From Perkinsela sp. CCAP 1560/9 (lineage: Eukaryota; Protista; Euglenozoa: Kinetoplastea), in the NCBI GenBank assembly GCA_965644495.1, contig CBFFSA010000001.1:3906001-3970000 (forward strand): DNA of 64,000 nt, read 5' to 3'. Positions 23,006-33,545 of the stretch are shown here, one piece after another (the first letter of the stretch is position 1; the number at the start of each line of letters is the position of its first letter). The position numbers and the translations under genes were made by a program. The notes under the pieces are model-generated. The model made no database searches. It saw only the letters and a program-made list of their open reading frames with translations, and was not told the DNA's origin.

Positions 23006-24240
23006 GTACAATGTCGGGGTTGTATCCGGTAAAAGCATGGCACCCAAGGGTCCAAGGCATGCGATCCCAAGGCATGCCCATCACCCAAGGCATGCGATCT
23101 GACATACAATACCAGTATGAAACACTGCATTAGGAAAAGAAAACACTTGCTAGAAACTGTTAACAAATAGAAGCTTTTAAAAATTGCAGAAATGAAGAAC
23201 AGAAAAAGAGATTTCAGTAGTCAAAGCAATTAAATAGTGTTTCATGAACACAAGAGTAAGAACAAATTCATCGTAGAAGGACTAGTAACTTCTATAACTT
23301 GTTTATACCTATGTCACTTTCTACCTTTCGTTTACCAGTCTTCGTACATGTACCATCCTGTTCATGTACCTTTTTCCTTTTCACTTTCGAGTGGAACGCA
23401 AATATGTCTGGTCATAATGGCTTAGTTGGGCGAGACGACTTTTGTCCATCATAGATTAGAGGCGGCCTGTGTAGTGCTTCACTTGATCGGCTATTTGACG
23501 GTTCTTGCCGACGAACAGTATTATTCGCCTCCAGACTCTGCATACGAGCCTGCAGATTGAAGATTCAGCAGTGGTCCTTGAGAGATTGTACTTCACTTTT
23601 TAGTGCGAGAAATCCGTCTTGCAACTCACTTACACCCAAGCCAAAAATTATTATCGCCAAAATTCATGGCACAAAAATTATTGTTTTTTTAGTTAAAAGT
23701 TGTCTATTTTTGGCAGGAAACATTTTTCTATTTTTCTTTTTGGTCAATTTTTGAATTTCTCATAAGGTCTGATCTCGGCAACCACTTTTTAGAGAAGGGC
23801 TCCATGGATTTTTCAAAAGCTCAATTTTCAGGACAGGATTTGACGGAGGAGGAGCAAGAGGCTTTTCTTCAACACCAGGTCGTGGGATCATGCGAGATCA
23901 CACCCGCAGCCCCTCACTTAATGACCACTTAATAACCTGACCTTCGCAACGCATTTGACGAGATTAGAGAGATGTAATTTATTTCTCTTCTTGTTCAACA
24001 CGATTTCAAATCTAATTTTTGGCGAAAAGCTAAACCTAACTTTACTTTCTTCCCCGTAAAAAATCATGAATCTTTTTTGGGAGCAAAAAAACCCTTTTGG
24101 ACTAATCTTGGATTTTTTCCACCTCTCTACTAACAACTTCCATTTGTTGATATGTACAAATTTCTACAAAAACAATTGGCACAATTATTGATTTTTTAAT
24201 TAAAAGATGAAGAGCTTCGCCAATAATTGAAAACTTAATT

Positions 24241-24673
24241 AACCACAGTCCGGTTTAACATTCCTGTAGCTAGATAACATTCCGGGGGGAATGTTATGAT
24301 GTTCCACGCGTTTTTTAACATCCCCCCCCCTGAAAAACCCCCGTGCCCACCCGTGGCTTACAGGTTCACCCACTCTACCGACGAAGAGCCACCACGGGAG
24401 GTTCTCAACTCTGCTCCCCTACAGGGTCCTCTAGATTTTCGGTACGCATGTACGCTGACGGAGTACTTTAAGAATGTTCAAGAACGCCAAGAAAGTGGAG
24501 CAAAAGAAGTGGAAGCAATGCGCGAAGAGGAAGATACTGAATAAATGAAGTTATTTTTCCCTTCAAAAAAATACCTCAAAAACATATCTTGAAAATTTAA
24601 CATTCCTGTAGCTACTTAGCATTCCTGTAGCTACTTCACATTCCCTCCCGGAACGTTAAACCGGACTGTGGTT
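24241..24673. mobile_element. MITE with AACCACAGTCCGGTTTAAC termini
   Basis: Inverted termini plus CATTCCTGTAGCTA subterminal repeats. Orphan ends of the same family lie near 29843 and 50340-50362. Confidence 0.8.
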
Positions 24674-25047
24674 TAATATTATTCGGCAGCGTACGTCACG
24701 TGCCGTTTGCGATGCTGAAGCCTCCGCTAGGGCAACGACCCTCTTTATATCCCTAGTGCGCTCTCGATAGCTCTTGGCCACTTCGGAAGAATTCCCACGT
24801 AAACTTCGTCAAACTCTGCGAAACCAATCAGCAACAACTTCATGAGATGAATAAATAACATCTCTCATCTGGTGACGAACCCACTTGCGAAGCCGTTCAT
24901 ACGTCCGAGGCAGGATTCCCGTAGACGTCTTCGGCGTAAACGTTTTGATCGGTGGGCAAGTCGTGTTCCATTCCAAAATGAGCGCGAAGAAAAAGGTACG
25001 AAACAGACATTTTGCTATTAAAATCTGTATTTTTTGGTAGACAATTA

Positions 25048-25980
25048 CAGTATAAACCTAGGGACACGATAAGTCACCCCCCTCTAAAATTTGTGTAAGG
25101 TCTTCGTTTGGGCCAATTTTTGTTGCATTTTGAAGATCTCGGTGACGCTTGTTTGCGCATATCATATAGAGAATAAAACTGGGAGCCAATAAAATATGAA
25201 TTTAGTATTACCATTTTTTCACTTTTTCGCCACCATTTGTTTTGCGTACTTCCATCTTTTTGTCGAAACTTAAAACAGTGTAGTCAAGCTCAGATTCACC
25301 AATATTCTCAAAGGCTTTCTTTACGCACTTAATTAGAGAAATAGTACAAGACGGATTCATTTCATTTACACTTTGTTGAATCATTTCCCACACGTTCTCA
25401 ATAGGATTAAGGTCGGGAGAATTAGCCGGCCGATTTGTTATGTATTCAATTTTTGAAGTAAAAATATAGGTTTTCGTATTTCTGGCCGTATGTACACCCG
25501 CCCCATCTTGCTGAAAAATAAATTTACGGGGAAAGGGAACCTTACGCAGCGTTTCTACATAAGTTTCACGTGTGATTGAACTGTTGTCTTGAACTTGATA
25601 GAACTCTTTTCTGACTTTTTTTTGGGGTGTCACATTTTGAATCACATTTTCGTTGGTACGTTTTGCAGGTATTTTCGAACAATTTTGATAGAAACATTGA
25701 AATCCCGTTCTAGTCGCTTCTTTGGAATACCCGCTTGAAAGCGCATATGCAACAAGACTTTTCCCATCTGCGTTAACTCCCCTTTTACTTGGATTTCACC
25801 ATGGAAAAAAATCGTGTCAGATTTAAAAAAAAAAGTTTTTTTTAATACTTTGAAAGTAGTTAAAAACAGCGGGAACGTGTAGATCTCGAAATTGTGAACG
25901 ACAAAGTGGTGTCATAAACCCCTTAGGCCCCTTCATGCAAAAAGTAAGGTGGGTGACTTATTCGTGTCCCTAGGTTTACA
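25048..25980 (-). mobile_element. Defective Tc1/IS630-family transposon
   Basis: TIRs TAAACCTAGGGACACGA(A)TAAGTCACCC at both ends; ORF 25208-25645(-) with FQQDGAGVHTA and PANSPDLNPIENVW. Confidence 0.88.
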
Positions 25981-25992
25981 ATTACAAAATGT

Positions 25993-27228
25993 GGGTAAAT
26001 TGAACGAGAATTCGCTTTTCTTCTATTTTTCAATAATTTCGTCCATTTATGCAGGAAAAAAGGTCCTTCGTACACTTATTTTGCCACACCTCTCTTTACA
26101 CGTGCTTTTCCGACTTTCTCTCTCACACCTCTTTGTATAGCTAATATATTAAATATCAATAACTTCACAGAAATACCAAAGATTTTTCAGCATACGAAGT
26201 AAAGCGTCGTTACCATTTATCTTCAACTTTACATTGCTTTTCTCAGCTAAAGCTCGTACTCGGCTGCCGCGCTTTTCATCCCCCCGACCGAGTACACCCC
26301 CTTCACGCTTGAGCGTCTTCTTCACAAGTGAATTAGCCGACTCAACTGTGTTTGTATGAACGCCTTCTTGGGTTACCCACTCGCGTCGGTGAACCACTTT
26401 TTCCCACTTGTATCTACCTTGCAGTTGCAGATTGTGACGAGCGGAATCAGTCCAGATCCTAGTTCTCGATCCCGCACCCAGAGCTTCGATGTTTGGAATA
26501 AGTGACGATGTGCTTCGATCGGGGACAACGTCCATAAATATTTCAGAGATTTTATTTTGTCTTGTCGTTTCAACTATAGTTTGAGCGACTTGCGGCCCTT
26601 CACGTCTGACACGTCGAGTACGATTGTTGCCTCCCCGCTTCCTCGTTGAGAAGAACGTTTCATCGCACTGCATGGAGGTCAATGTTCCATGGCGACGAAT
26701 TCTTCGAAGTACGTGTATCGTCCCGATCATAGAATCCAACGCTTGGCGGAGCCTGACCATGGTCGTCACACTTAAGCCCGTCTCCTCACTCTCTATACCG
26801 CATGTGGCTCGCCACGGGAGTACAAAATAATAAATTTCAGCACTTGCTTTGTAGTGCGTTTTGCATTCCCTGGAACCAGGGGCCCAAGAATGTCATACAC
26901 CCCTTTGCACTTTTTGGTACACCGCCACTTTTCGTCGCTCAATCGCATTTCCAATGGAGAGGAGTGACTTCGCTTGTTGCATATCACCTTCCTTGCAACA
27001 AGATCATGGCATTTTAACCAGTGTCGACATTGAGCCTCTGACCACTTTGCTACCTTACCAATAGTTAGCTTCCGACGGCACGTGAATCCACGACACCCCT
27101 GACACACCATGTAAGGAATTCAGAAAAATGTAAAATCTTTTTTCTAAAGAGTACATGGATAATTTCCCCCGATTTTCTCAATATTTATTACCAAATTTTT
27201 GGAAAGCGAATTCTCGTTCAATTTCCCC
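25993..27228 (-). mobile_element. Merlin (IS1595-like) transposon, second family, with frameshifted transposase
   Basis: TIRs GGG(T/G)AAATTGAACGAGAATTCGCTTT; 8-bp TSD CAAAATGT (25985-25992 and 27229-27236). ORFs 27110-26793 and 26769-26149 (QCDETF, WTDS, VVH..EWVTQEGVHTNTVES) are joined by one frameshift near 26795. Confidence 0.92.
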
Positions 27229-27509
27229 CAAAATGTAAACTAAGTGATTAGCAAGAAACTGCATATTCTCCACACTTTAAGTGTCCGAACTCTTAACTCG
27301 ACCGAACAAGGGCGAACACGCTAGAACCAAGCAGGTTTCACCCCTCTACTTATAAACAATACAATAAGTAATATTCTATCATCCATTGTTAGCGATCGGA
27401 TATTGTTATTAAAAAAACTGCCAACAATAGACATACTTTAGATACTCGCGCATCTCCTTCATTAAATATTTTTTGTGCAACTTACGCTACACTTCAATAC
27501 TTTTCCTTT

Positions 27510-28079
27510 ATGGACATCTCTCGTGCACATAAAGTGCGTGGTACTTCTCTTCCACCTGAGTTTGTGCTTATTCGAATGATTGAAAATATTGAGAACCCGC
27601 ATTCATCATGGACGGCTGATGAACCAATATCTAAGTGGAAGGGGGTAATGTGTTTGGAAAGCGGTGACATTGACAAAATTAGGTTTGAAGGGAGTAAGCT
27701 ACACGGATCTCTACGGTGGGACATGTTACCTCGCTCACTAACGCACATTTGCGTTTATTCAAACAAACTAATGGGGGAAGTAGACCTCAGTGAATTGCCC
27801 CCAAAACTCAAATTTTTAGATGGTTCTTATAACACCTTTACGGGAGGACTTGATTTATGTCATCTTCCAATGTCGCTTGAAGAGATCTTCTTTTCTGAGA
27901 ACAAGTTAAGTGGGCATGTTATTTTTTCTCATCTTCCACATCGTTTGTGTTCACTTGCTTTGAGACACAATCGACTACTTGAGGGTGAGATGCGGCTTAG
28001 TGAACTTCCTTCAAGTTTAAGTTATCGTCCAATACAAGAAACTTCCATTGTATTTATTGATGATTCCGCAAAAAACTAG
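27510..28079 (+). CDS. Small LRR protein
   Basis: Paralog of 5115-5684, sharing about 130 bp of upstream flank. Confidence 0.85.
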   Translation: MDISRAHKVRGTSLPPEFVLIRMIENIENPHSSWTADEPISKWKGVMCLESGDIDKIRFEGSKLHGSLRWDMLPRSLTHICVYSNKLMGEVDLSELPPKLKFLDGSYNTFTGGLDLCHLPMSLEEIFFSENKLSGHVIFSHLPHRLCSLALRHNRLLEGEMRLSELPSSLSYRPIQETSIVFIDDSAKN

Positions 28080-28333
28080 GTATAGAAACCTCATTTTCAA
28101 AATATTTTTATTTTCTAAATACGTTACGGGAAAAGGTAGAAGGACCCACAATTCTACCGCAACTCTACTAACCCAGGGTGTAGTTTGATATCCACTTGCG
28201 TTTTAATACCCACTCATCTTCCGCAAGAGCGATTCGAGGGGGCTCTCATATGCGCCATTATTTTACAAAATTGTCCAACTTTGGTGAACTTTGGATCCCC
28301 CTGTATATCATCGAAAAGAGGTATTATTAGTCT

Positions 28334-29284
28334 ATGCAATCTATTTGTTTAGCCTTTATGAGCTTTTCCTGCCTCTATTCGGCCGATACTTCTAGCTATC
28401 AGCCACGTCTTGGGAGAGTTCGAGCCGCCAGTGTTCCTCCTGAGTTCGTCCTGGCACAATTCCTCAAAGATGTTGCGAATCCCCACTCCTCGTGGAGAAC
28501 CGATAGGTCGGCATGCGAATGGAATGGGGTGGGCTGTGACAAGCAAGGATTGCCGATACAGATGGAGCTTGATATGCATTCCAAAATGAAGTCGACTGGA
28601 GGCTCCCTGCTTGAAACATATAGGATGCGTTTACGTGGGTCTCTGCATTTTGTACATTTTCCGCCAACGTTTCATCGCTTTACGATGATCGGACATATGC
28701 TTGGGGGGGAAGTTGTGTTTCAGTACCTTCCCCCTTGTCTACGGTACATAAATCTAAGTCACAATAGCTTCTCCGGCAACGTTGATTTTAAGTACCTCCC
28801 TGAGCAAATTGAGTTTGTGGCCTTATCTTTCAACAAGTTTCTTGGGAATGTTATATTGGATGAAGTAGCGTCTAGTCTCACCGAATTCTACATTGACCAT
28901 AATAGGTTTACTGGGTCCATTCATCTTGAAAAATTGCCGAAAAACCTTGAAAAAACCAGCTTAGCGAAAAATAGCTTTACGGGAAACATTGACTTAGGGA
29001 GGCTTCCGCGTCCGCTCAAAGTGCTCCACTTGGACAACAATTTACTGATCGGGGCCCCAGATTTAACAAGACTACCTTGTAATATGCAGGTCCTTGGTCT
29101 TTCATCAAATCAGCTGAAAGGCGATGTGGATCTCAACCGACTTCCAAAAAATTTGCACACTCTGGAGCTCAATGGTAATGACCTTCAAGGAGTCTACGAT
29201 CCCGCGAAACTGCCGGAGCAACTTAGTCGAAACGGATGGCAAATGACGAAAATACGTCCCACATTCGAAAGTCTGCTGGTTTGA
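28334..29284 (+). CDS. LRR protein with signal-like N-terminus
   Basis: MQSICLAFMSFSCLYSAD...RLGRVRAASVPPEFVL, ACEWNGVGCD, about 9 LRRs. Confidence 0.9.
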   Translation: MQSICLAFMSFSCLYSADTSSYQPRLGRVRAASVPPEFVLAQFLKDVANPHSSWRTDRSACEWNGVGCDKQGLPIQMELDMHSKMKSTGGSLLETYRMRLRGSLHFVHFPPTFHRFTMIGHMLGGEVVFQYLPPCLRYINLSHNSFSGNVDFKYLPEQIEFVALSFNKFLGNVILDEVASSLTEFYIDHNRFTGSIHLEKLPKNLEKTSLAKNSFTGNIDLGRLPRPLKVLHLDNNLLIGAPDLTRLPCNMQVLGLSSNQLKGDVDLNRLPKNLHTLELNGNDLQGVYDPAKLPEQLSRNGWQMTKIRPTFESLLV

Positions 29285-30470
29285 TGCAGGAGGAGTCAAA
29301 TCTATGAAATCTACACTGCGTTCCTAACAACTTTATATTTTTTTCAATCATTTACGTTCATTACAGTATCCCTTCATCTTTCCGGGAAATTTTTCACCTT
29401 TCCTTCCATCCTCCTCCGGAACCATTTCAAGTACCGTCGACGCACTTTATATGTGAATCCATTAAATTTGAGAACATTAAATGTGATTAAACTTTTTCTT
29501 CTTCCATTTTTGATGTATTTCGGAATTTTCATTTTTTTTATCGTTTCTTTTTTGATATTTTAATAGTCTGGTTCATAGTTATTTTCATAGTTGGTATTAT
29601 TTAAATTTTCTTTTTTAGGCTCTTCGGTAAACGCGGTGGCTGTTTTCAACTTAAACCTTGTTCCGGGTTATTGTGCCTAGAGCTACAGTGATCTTCACCA
29701 ATCTGAGAGTCACGAAAATGAGAATGACCCTCTCAAGAATGACAAATTATCGTGTCAACGTTCAACTCAAAAAGGGCCTTGAAAATGAGAATGAGAATGG
29801 ATCAAAAGGGGCCCTGTTGTGCAATCTGGGCAAAAATTTGTAAACCACAGTCCGATTCATTATACCTAGGGACACCTATTGTACCCGCCAGAAGACCAAA
29901 ATGAACACGACCGACACTCTCCTGAAATTAATGAGGCCGATCGACTCATGATGGTGTTCCTTGAGGCGTTTGATCGTGTCATAGAGCGTGTTCCACACAT
30001 GAGCATTGTTCCACACAGCATTGCATGGAAATAATCCGAAACCTCGTACTCAACCCGTTGTTCAAAATAGAGTATGGCGAAATTTGCGTGCGAGACGACT
30101 TTGCTCGGGGTGTACCAGGTTTGTTTGTGTTCGGGGGGGGGGCGAAGCATTGGCTGTGTTCCGCAAGGGGAGGATGCCGTAACCTGGATGAGATCACATG
30201 TCCTGTTTGAAAATGCCGCGTGTTACTTCCATGGGGCGGGCTATCTCCAAGATGTGCCAGGAAAGCCCGACATAATGGTTTGCCAACACAGTCTTCCGAA
30301 TGTGAAGAAAGTGATAATCCATCTATCGGATGCACGCATTTGAGAGCCTTGGTTCCATGCTATAACGCGCAAAGTCTTTGTGTTGGGAACAGCAAAATGC
30401 AACAAAAATGAGCTCAAACGGACACTTGGCTGAAAAGTTAGAGGGGGGTGACTTTTCGCTGTGGGGGGTT

Positions 30471-30563
30471 TATTACTGTGTTCCTCTTTATATTTTCACT
30501 GTTTTTGTTCACTTTTTTTCAATAATCGAGTGTAGAGCGGTAGTTTTACAACCACCGCAATAA
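30471..30563 (-). repeat. Inverted copy of the repeat end at 49101-49192
   Basis: Almost exact reverse complement of TTATTGCGGTGGTTGTAAAACTACCGCTCTACACTCG...; a degenerate copy starts at 48498. Confidence 0.8.
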
Positions 30564-31111
30564 TAAAACTACGCCAAGACTGTCTTGGCGTAGCTTTTGC
30601 AATAGTCTTGAAATTTTATAAAAGGTATCAATATCTTACCGTTCCTTAGGAAGTGCAGTATTACATGAAAACAATGTACATTTTGTAGGTTTACCATTTC
30701 AGATTGTTATGTTAACTTTCTCATTCATATGAGCTCATCAATCAACATTAGTGCTGTCATATTTTCATACGGAGAACACATTTCTTTATGGATACAAAGC
30801 ATGTTTTTGATGGAACATTTGAACAACCACTGCGGTAGCCATGTACACCCCCACGCGAAAATAATGCAACTTGGGATTCCGCAGAACGGGTGAGTGGTTC
30901 ACAGTGTATATTTTTGGTGAATGGGAAAAACTATTAGATGTCAATAGCACGAGAGGTGGGAGGGGGTTCAGAAGTTGAGAAAGGGTATCGTATAATTTCA
31001 AAGTAGATCTCAGTGTGTGAGGGCATACATTGTGCGTTTTGCGTATCTAAAACTTTAAGCTCTTTTGATAAAAAGATTCTTTTTGTACTCCGTTCAAGGT
31101 TGATCGCACTC

Positions 31112-32549
31112 ATGCAAACAAACGTCATGTCTTCGACTCTTGCTTCAGATTCAACAGGAGGGACACGTTTGCGAAAGGTCCATCTAACTCTTCTACCCCC
31201 TGAAATGGAACTTGATCGTTTTCTATCACACACAACTGGACGTCATCACAGTTGGAGCACTGAAAATGACGCTTGCAAATTATGGGATGGCGTGAAATGT
31301 GAGGATCAAAAAGTTGTAGAGCTTAGCTGGACTTCTTTTGGACTGTCCGGTAATGTGCAGTGGAGGTTTCTTCCTCGCACTGTGCGACACGTCGATCTTG
31401 GACGCTTATATGACGTGTCCAACAAACTGACAGGACGCATTCAGACCTGTGATCTCCCTGATTCTCTAGAGTGCCTTATCGTTGACCGAAACAGCTTTTG
31501 TGGTGAACTCGAAATTCGGACATTCCCGTCGGCGATGCGGAATTTTGAAGCCCGTGAAAATTGTCTTGAAGGCAGTGTAGATCTGACGGCACTTCCTTGC
31601 GGTCAGTCAACGCTTGAATAAAGACGCTTGATAAAGATAAAGATACAGTTTCTGTACCTTGTTGGTACATTTTCCCTTTAGTTCATCTTTTCTTTCCCCG
31701 GCAACGGGCATAATCTTACTGTTTTATATGCCCGTTGCCGGCCGGCACTAAGGCCGAAACTGTCCCTCTTTCTCGGCGAAGTAGGGGACGCGCTTCCACC
31801 CCATCACCCCTCCCCGGCTCACTCCTTGAGTGGGTTTTCTTCCCTCCCCGGCTTTCTTCCCTTCGCGCCCTTTTCTTCCCGGGGAGCCATGCGCCATGGT
31901 GGCCTCCCTTGAGGACCACTGGGCGTGGCTCTGCCTCGTCTTATCGCGAGGCAGCGGTCGGTTGCAGTGCGCCCCTCCGGCTGCGTAAAGAGATGGTGAG
32001 TTGCCTGGACCACCTCTTCCGACTGGGACCGAGTCGGTTGCAGTGCGCCCCTCCGGCTGCGTAAAGAGAGGGCGAGTTGCCTGGACCCCCTCTACCGACA
32101 GAGTCCGAGCTAAACCCCCTTGGTGCGACATCCGTCAATACGGATTGTGCCGATGATATCGGCTGTCGCATCAAGGGCTGTATCTCTGCGCCAACGAGCG
32201 CATGAACATCAAAATGAACAACAATGATTTAAGTGGTCGCATTTTCTTGGACTCGTTGCCACCTCAGCTTCGCTACCTGTACCTGTCCCATAATAGATTG
32301 AGCGGTGAGGTAAACTTAACCACGCTACCAGAGATGCTTCTGGAACTTACGGCAACCGATAATCAACTTACTGGAGATCTGGATCTCTCACGTTTGCCCC
32401 GGAGCTTGAGGTTGCTGCATCTCAGTAGAAACAAGTTTGATGGGACGCTAAATTGCCGGAATCTACCCGAAAAAGCCCAGATCTATGTAAGAACAATGAA
32501 TATTCGATCATCCGAGCCTGACCCCTTACCACTACGGGTAAACATATGA
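31112..32549 (+). pseudogene. LRR gene interrupted by the ~600-bp structured element
   Basis: LRRs run to DLTALPCG (about 31603) and resume as IKMNNNDLSGRIFLDSLP (about 32208). Confidence 0.85.
31605..32214 (+). mobile_element. ~600-bp structured non-coding element, copy B
   Basis: Second copy at 22422-23005; many hairpins and an internal direct repeat GTCGGTTGCAGTGCGCCCCTCCGGCTGCGTAAAGAG (two copies). Left boundary is approximate. Confidence 0.85.
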
Positions 32550-32940
32550 AAATTAATCCAACAAATTTTGATAAAATGAACATGTTCACTAGCCTTAAAA
32601 AAAGTAGCAAACAATGCTTGTACAGTAGCTTGTATATGAGCTTAGACATTTTTATTCAAAGAAACGCGTAAATGTGCACCTACAGGGTTGGTACGGAATT
32701 TATGAACAATTCTCGAATCATAATCTTTCTTAAATCTTTTTTTAAGTGCTCTTTACCTGATTACCCGATGCCCCGCCCTGATTATTTCCAACTAGACCAC
32801 ACACAACGTGAGCAAGCCAGACAGCTTATTGCGAAACTTCAGCCAAAGATACAATACATGTAAGAGGAAAACGTTTTTCATGCATGCACAGAAGCAATAA
32901 TAATGAAAAACAATTATCACGATTAGCGTTATTCAAGTTA

Positions 32941-33412
32941 CCGTGGAAACATTAATTAAGAGACACATTAAATAAGGGAACGCCAATTAAGGGAACACTA
33001 ATTAAGGGAATAATTATTTTTCGTCGCTTTTTGGCATTTTCAGGCAATTAATAATTATTTTTTCCGCCCATGGCCCAGGCGCCCCCAACCCCCGCTGAGC
33101 CCACATACCAATAATTCAGAGTTTAGGTCAAAAAATCGAAGTATGCAACCAAAACGTTGTAATACGTGAAGCATCCACTTACTAACGCACTTTCTCGAAA
33201 TTTCACTTGTTATCACACAATTCGCTTATTATCACACCGAAAAAAGTGTGATAATGGGTGGTCCCCCCTCTACTTATCTCGGGCTATTTTCAACTTGATT
33301 CCCGCAAAACAAATAAGGGAACATAAAATAAGGGAACACTAATTAAGGGAATAATTTTTTTTGAAAACCATTTTCCCTTAATTGGTGTAATTCTTAATTA
33401 ATGTTTCCACGG
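32941..33412. mobile_element. TA-flanked MITE
   Basis: Perfect TIRs CCGTGGAAACATTAATTAAG / CTTAATTAATGTTTCCACGG, TA flanks, and internal TAAGGGAA repeats. Confidence 0.88.
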
Positions 33413-33545
33413 TAAATGCGTCGACGGTAAACACAGATGTATTGTGTACATGCATAATTGTAATGGTGGTATGTCTCTTAAAAAGTACCATTTACTTTCC
33501 CAATTGACGATGTCTAGGACTTTCATCCTTTTCTCTCGACTACCC

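Noticed and set aside
24296-24544. 82-aa ORF
   Set aside because: Lies inside a MITE and has no domain signal.
29866-30411. Short overlapping ORFs inside a repeat
   Set aside because: Multiple stops and no identifiable family; possibly decayed TE cargo.
31740-31790. HDV-like or hammerhead ribozyme in the structured element (GGCCGGC...GTCCC...GGCGAAGTAGGGGAC; GCCGAAACTGTC)
   Set aside because: No downstream P1 partner or P3 for an HDV fold, and no CUGANGA core conserved in both copies.
31602-32175. GT-AG intron removing most of the element (would give in-frame LPCGLYLCANERMNIKM)
   Set aside because: An in-frame join has a 1-in-3 chance, there is no pyrimidine tract before the AG, and no other introns are seen. 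It would need RNA reads.
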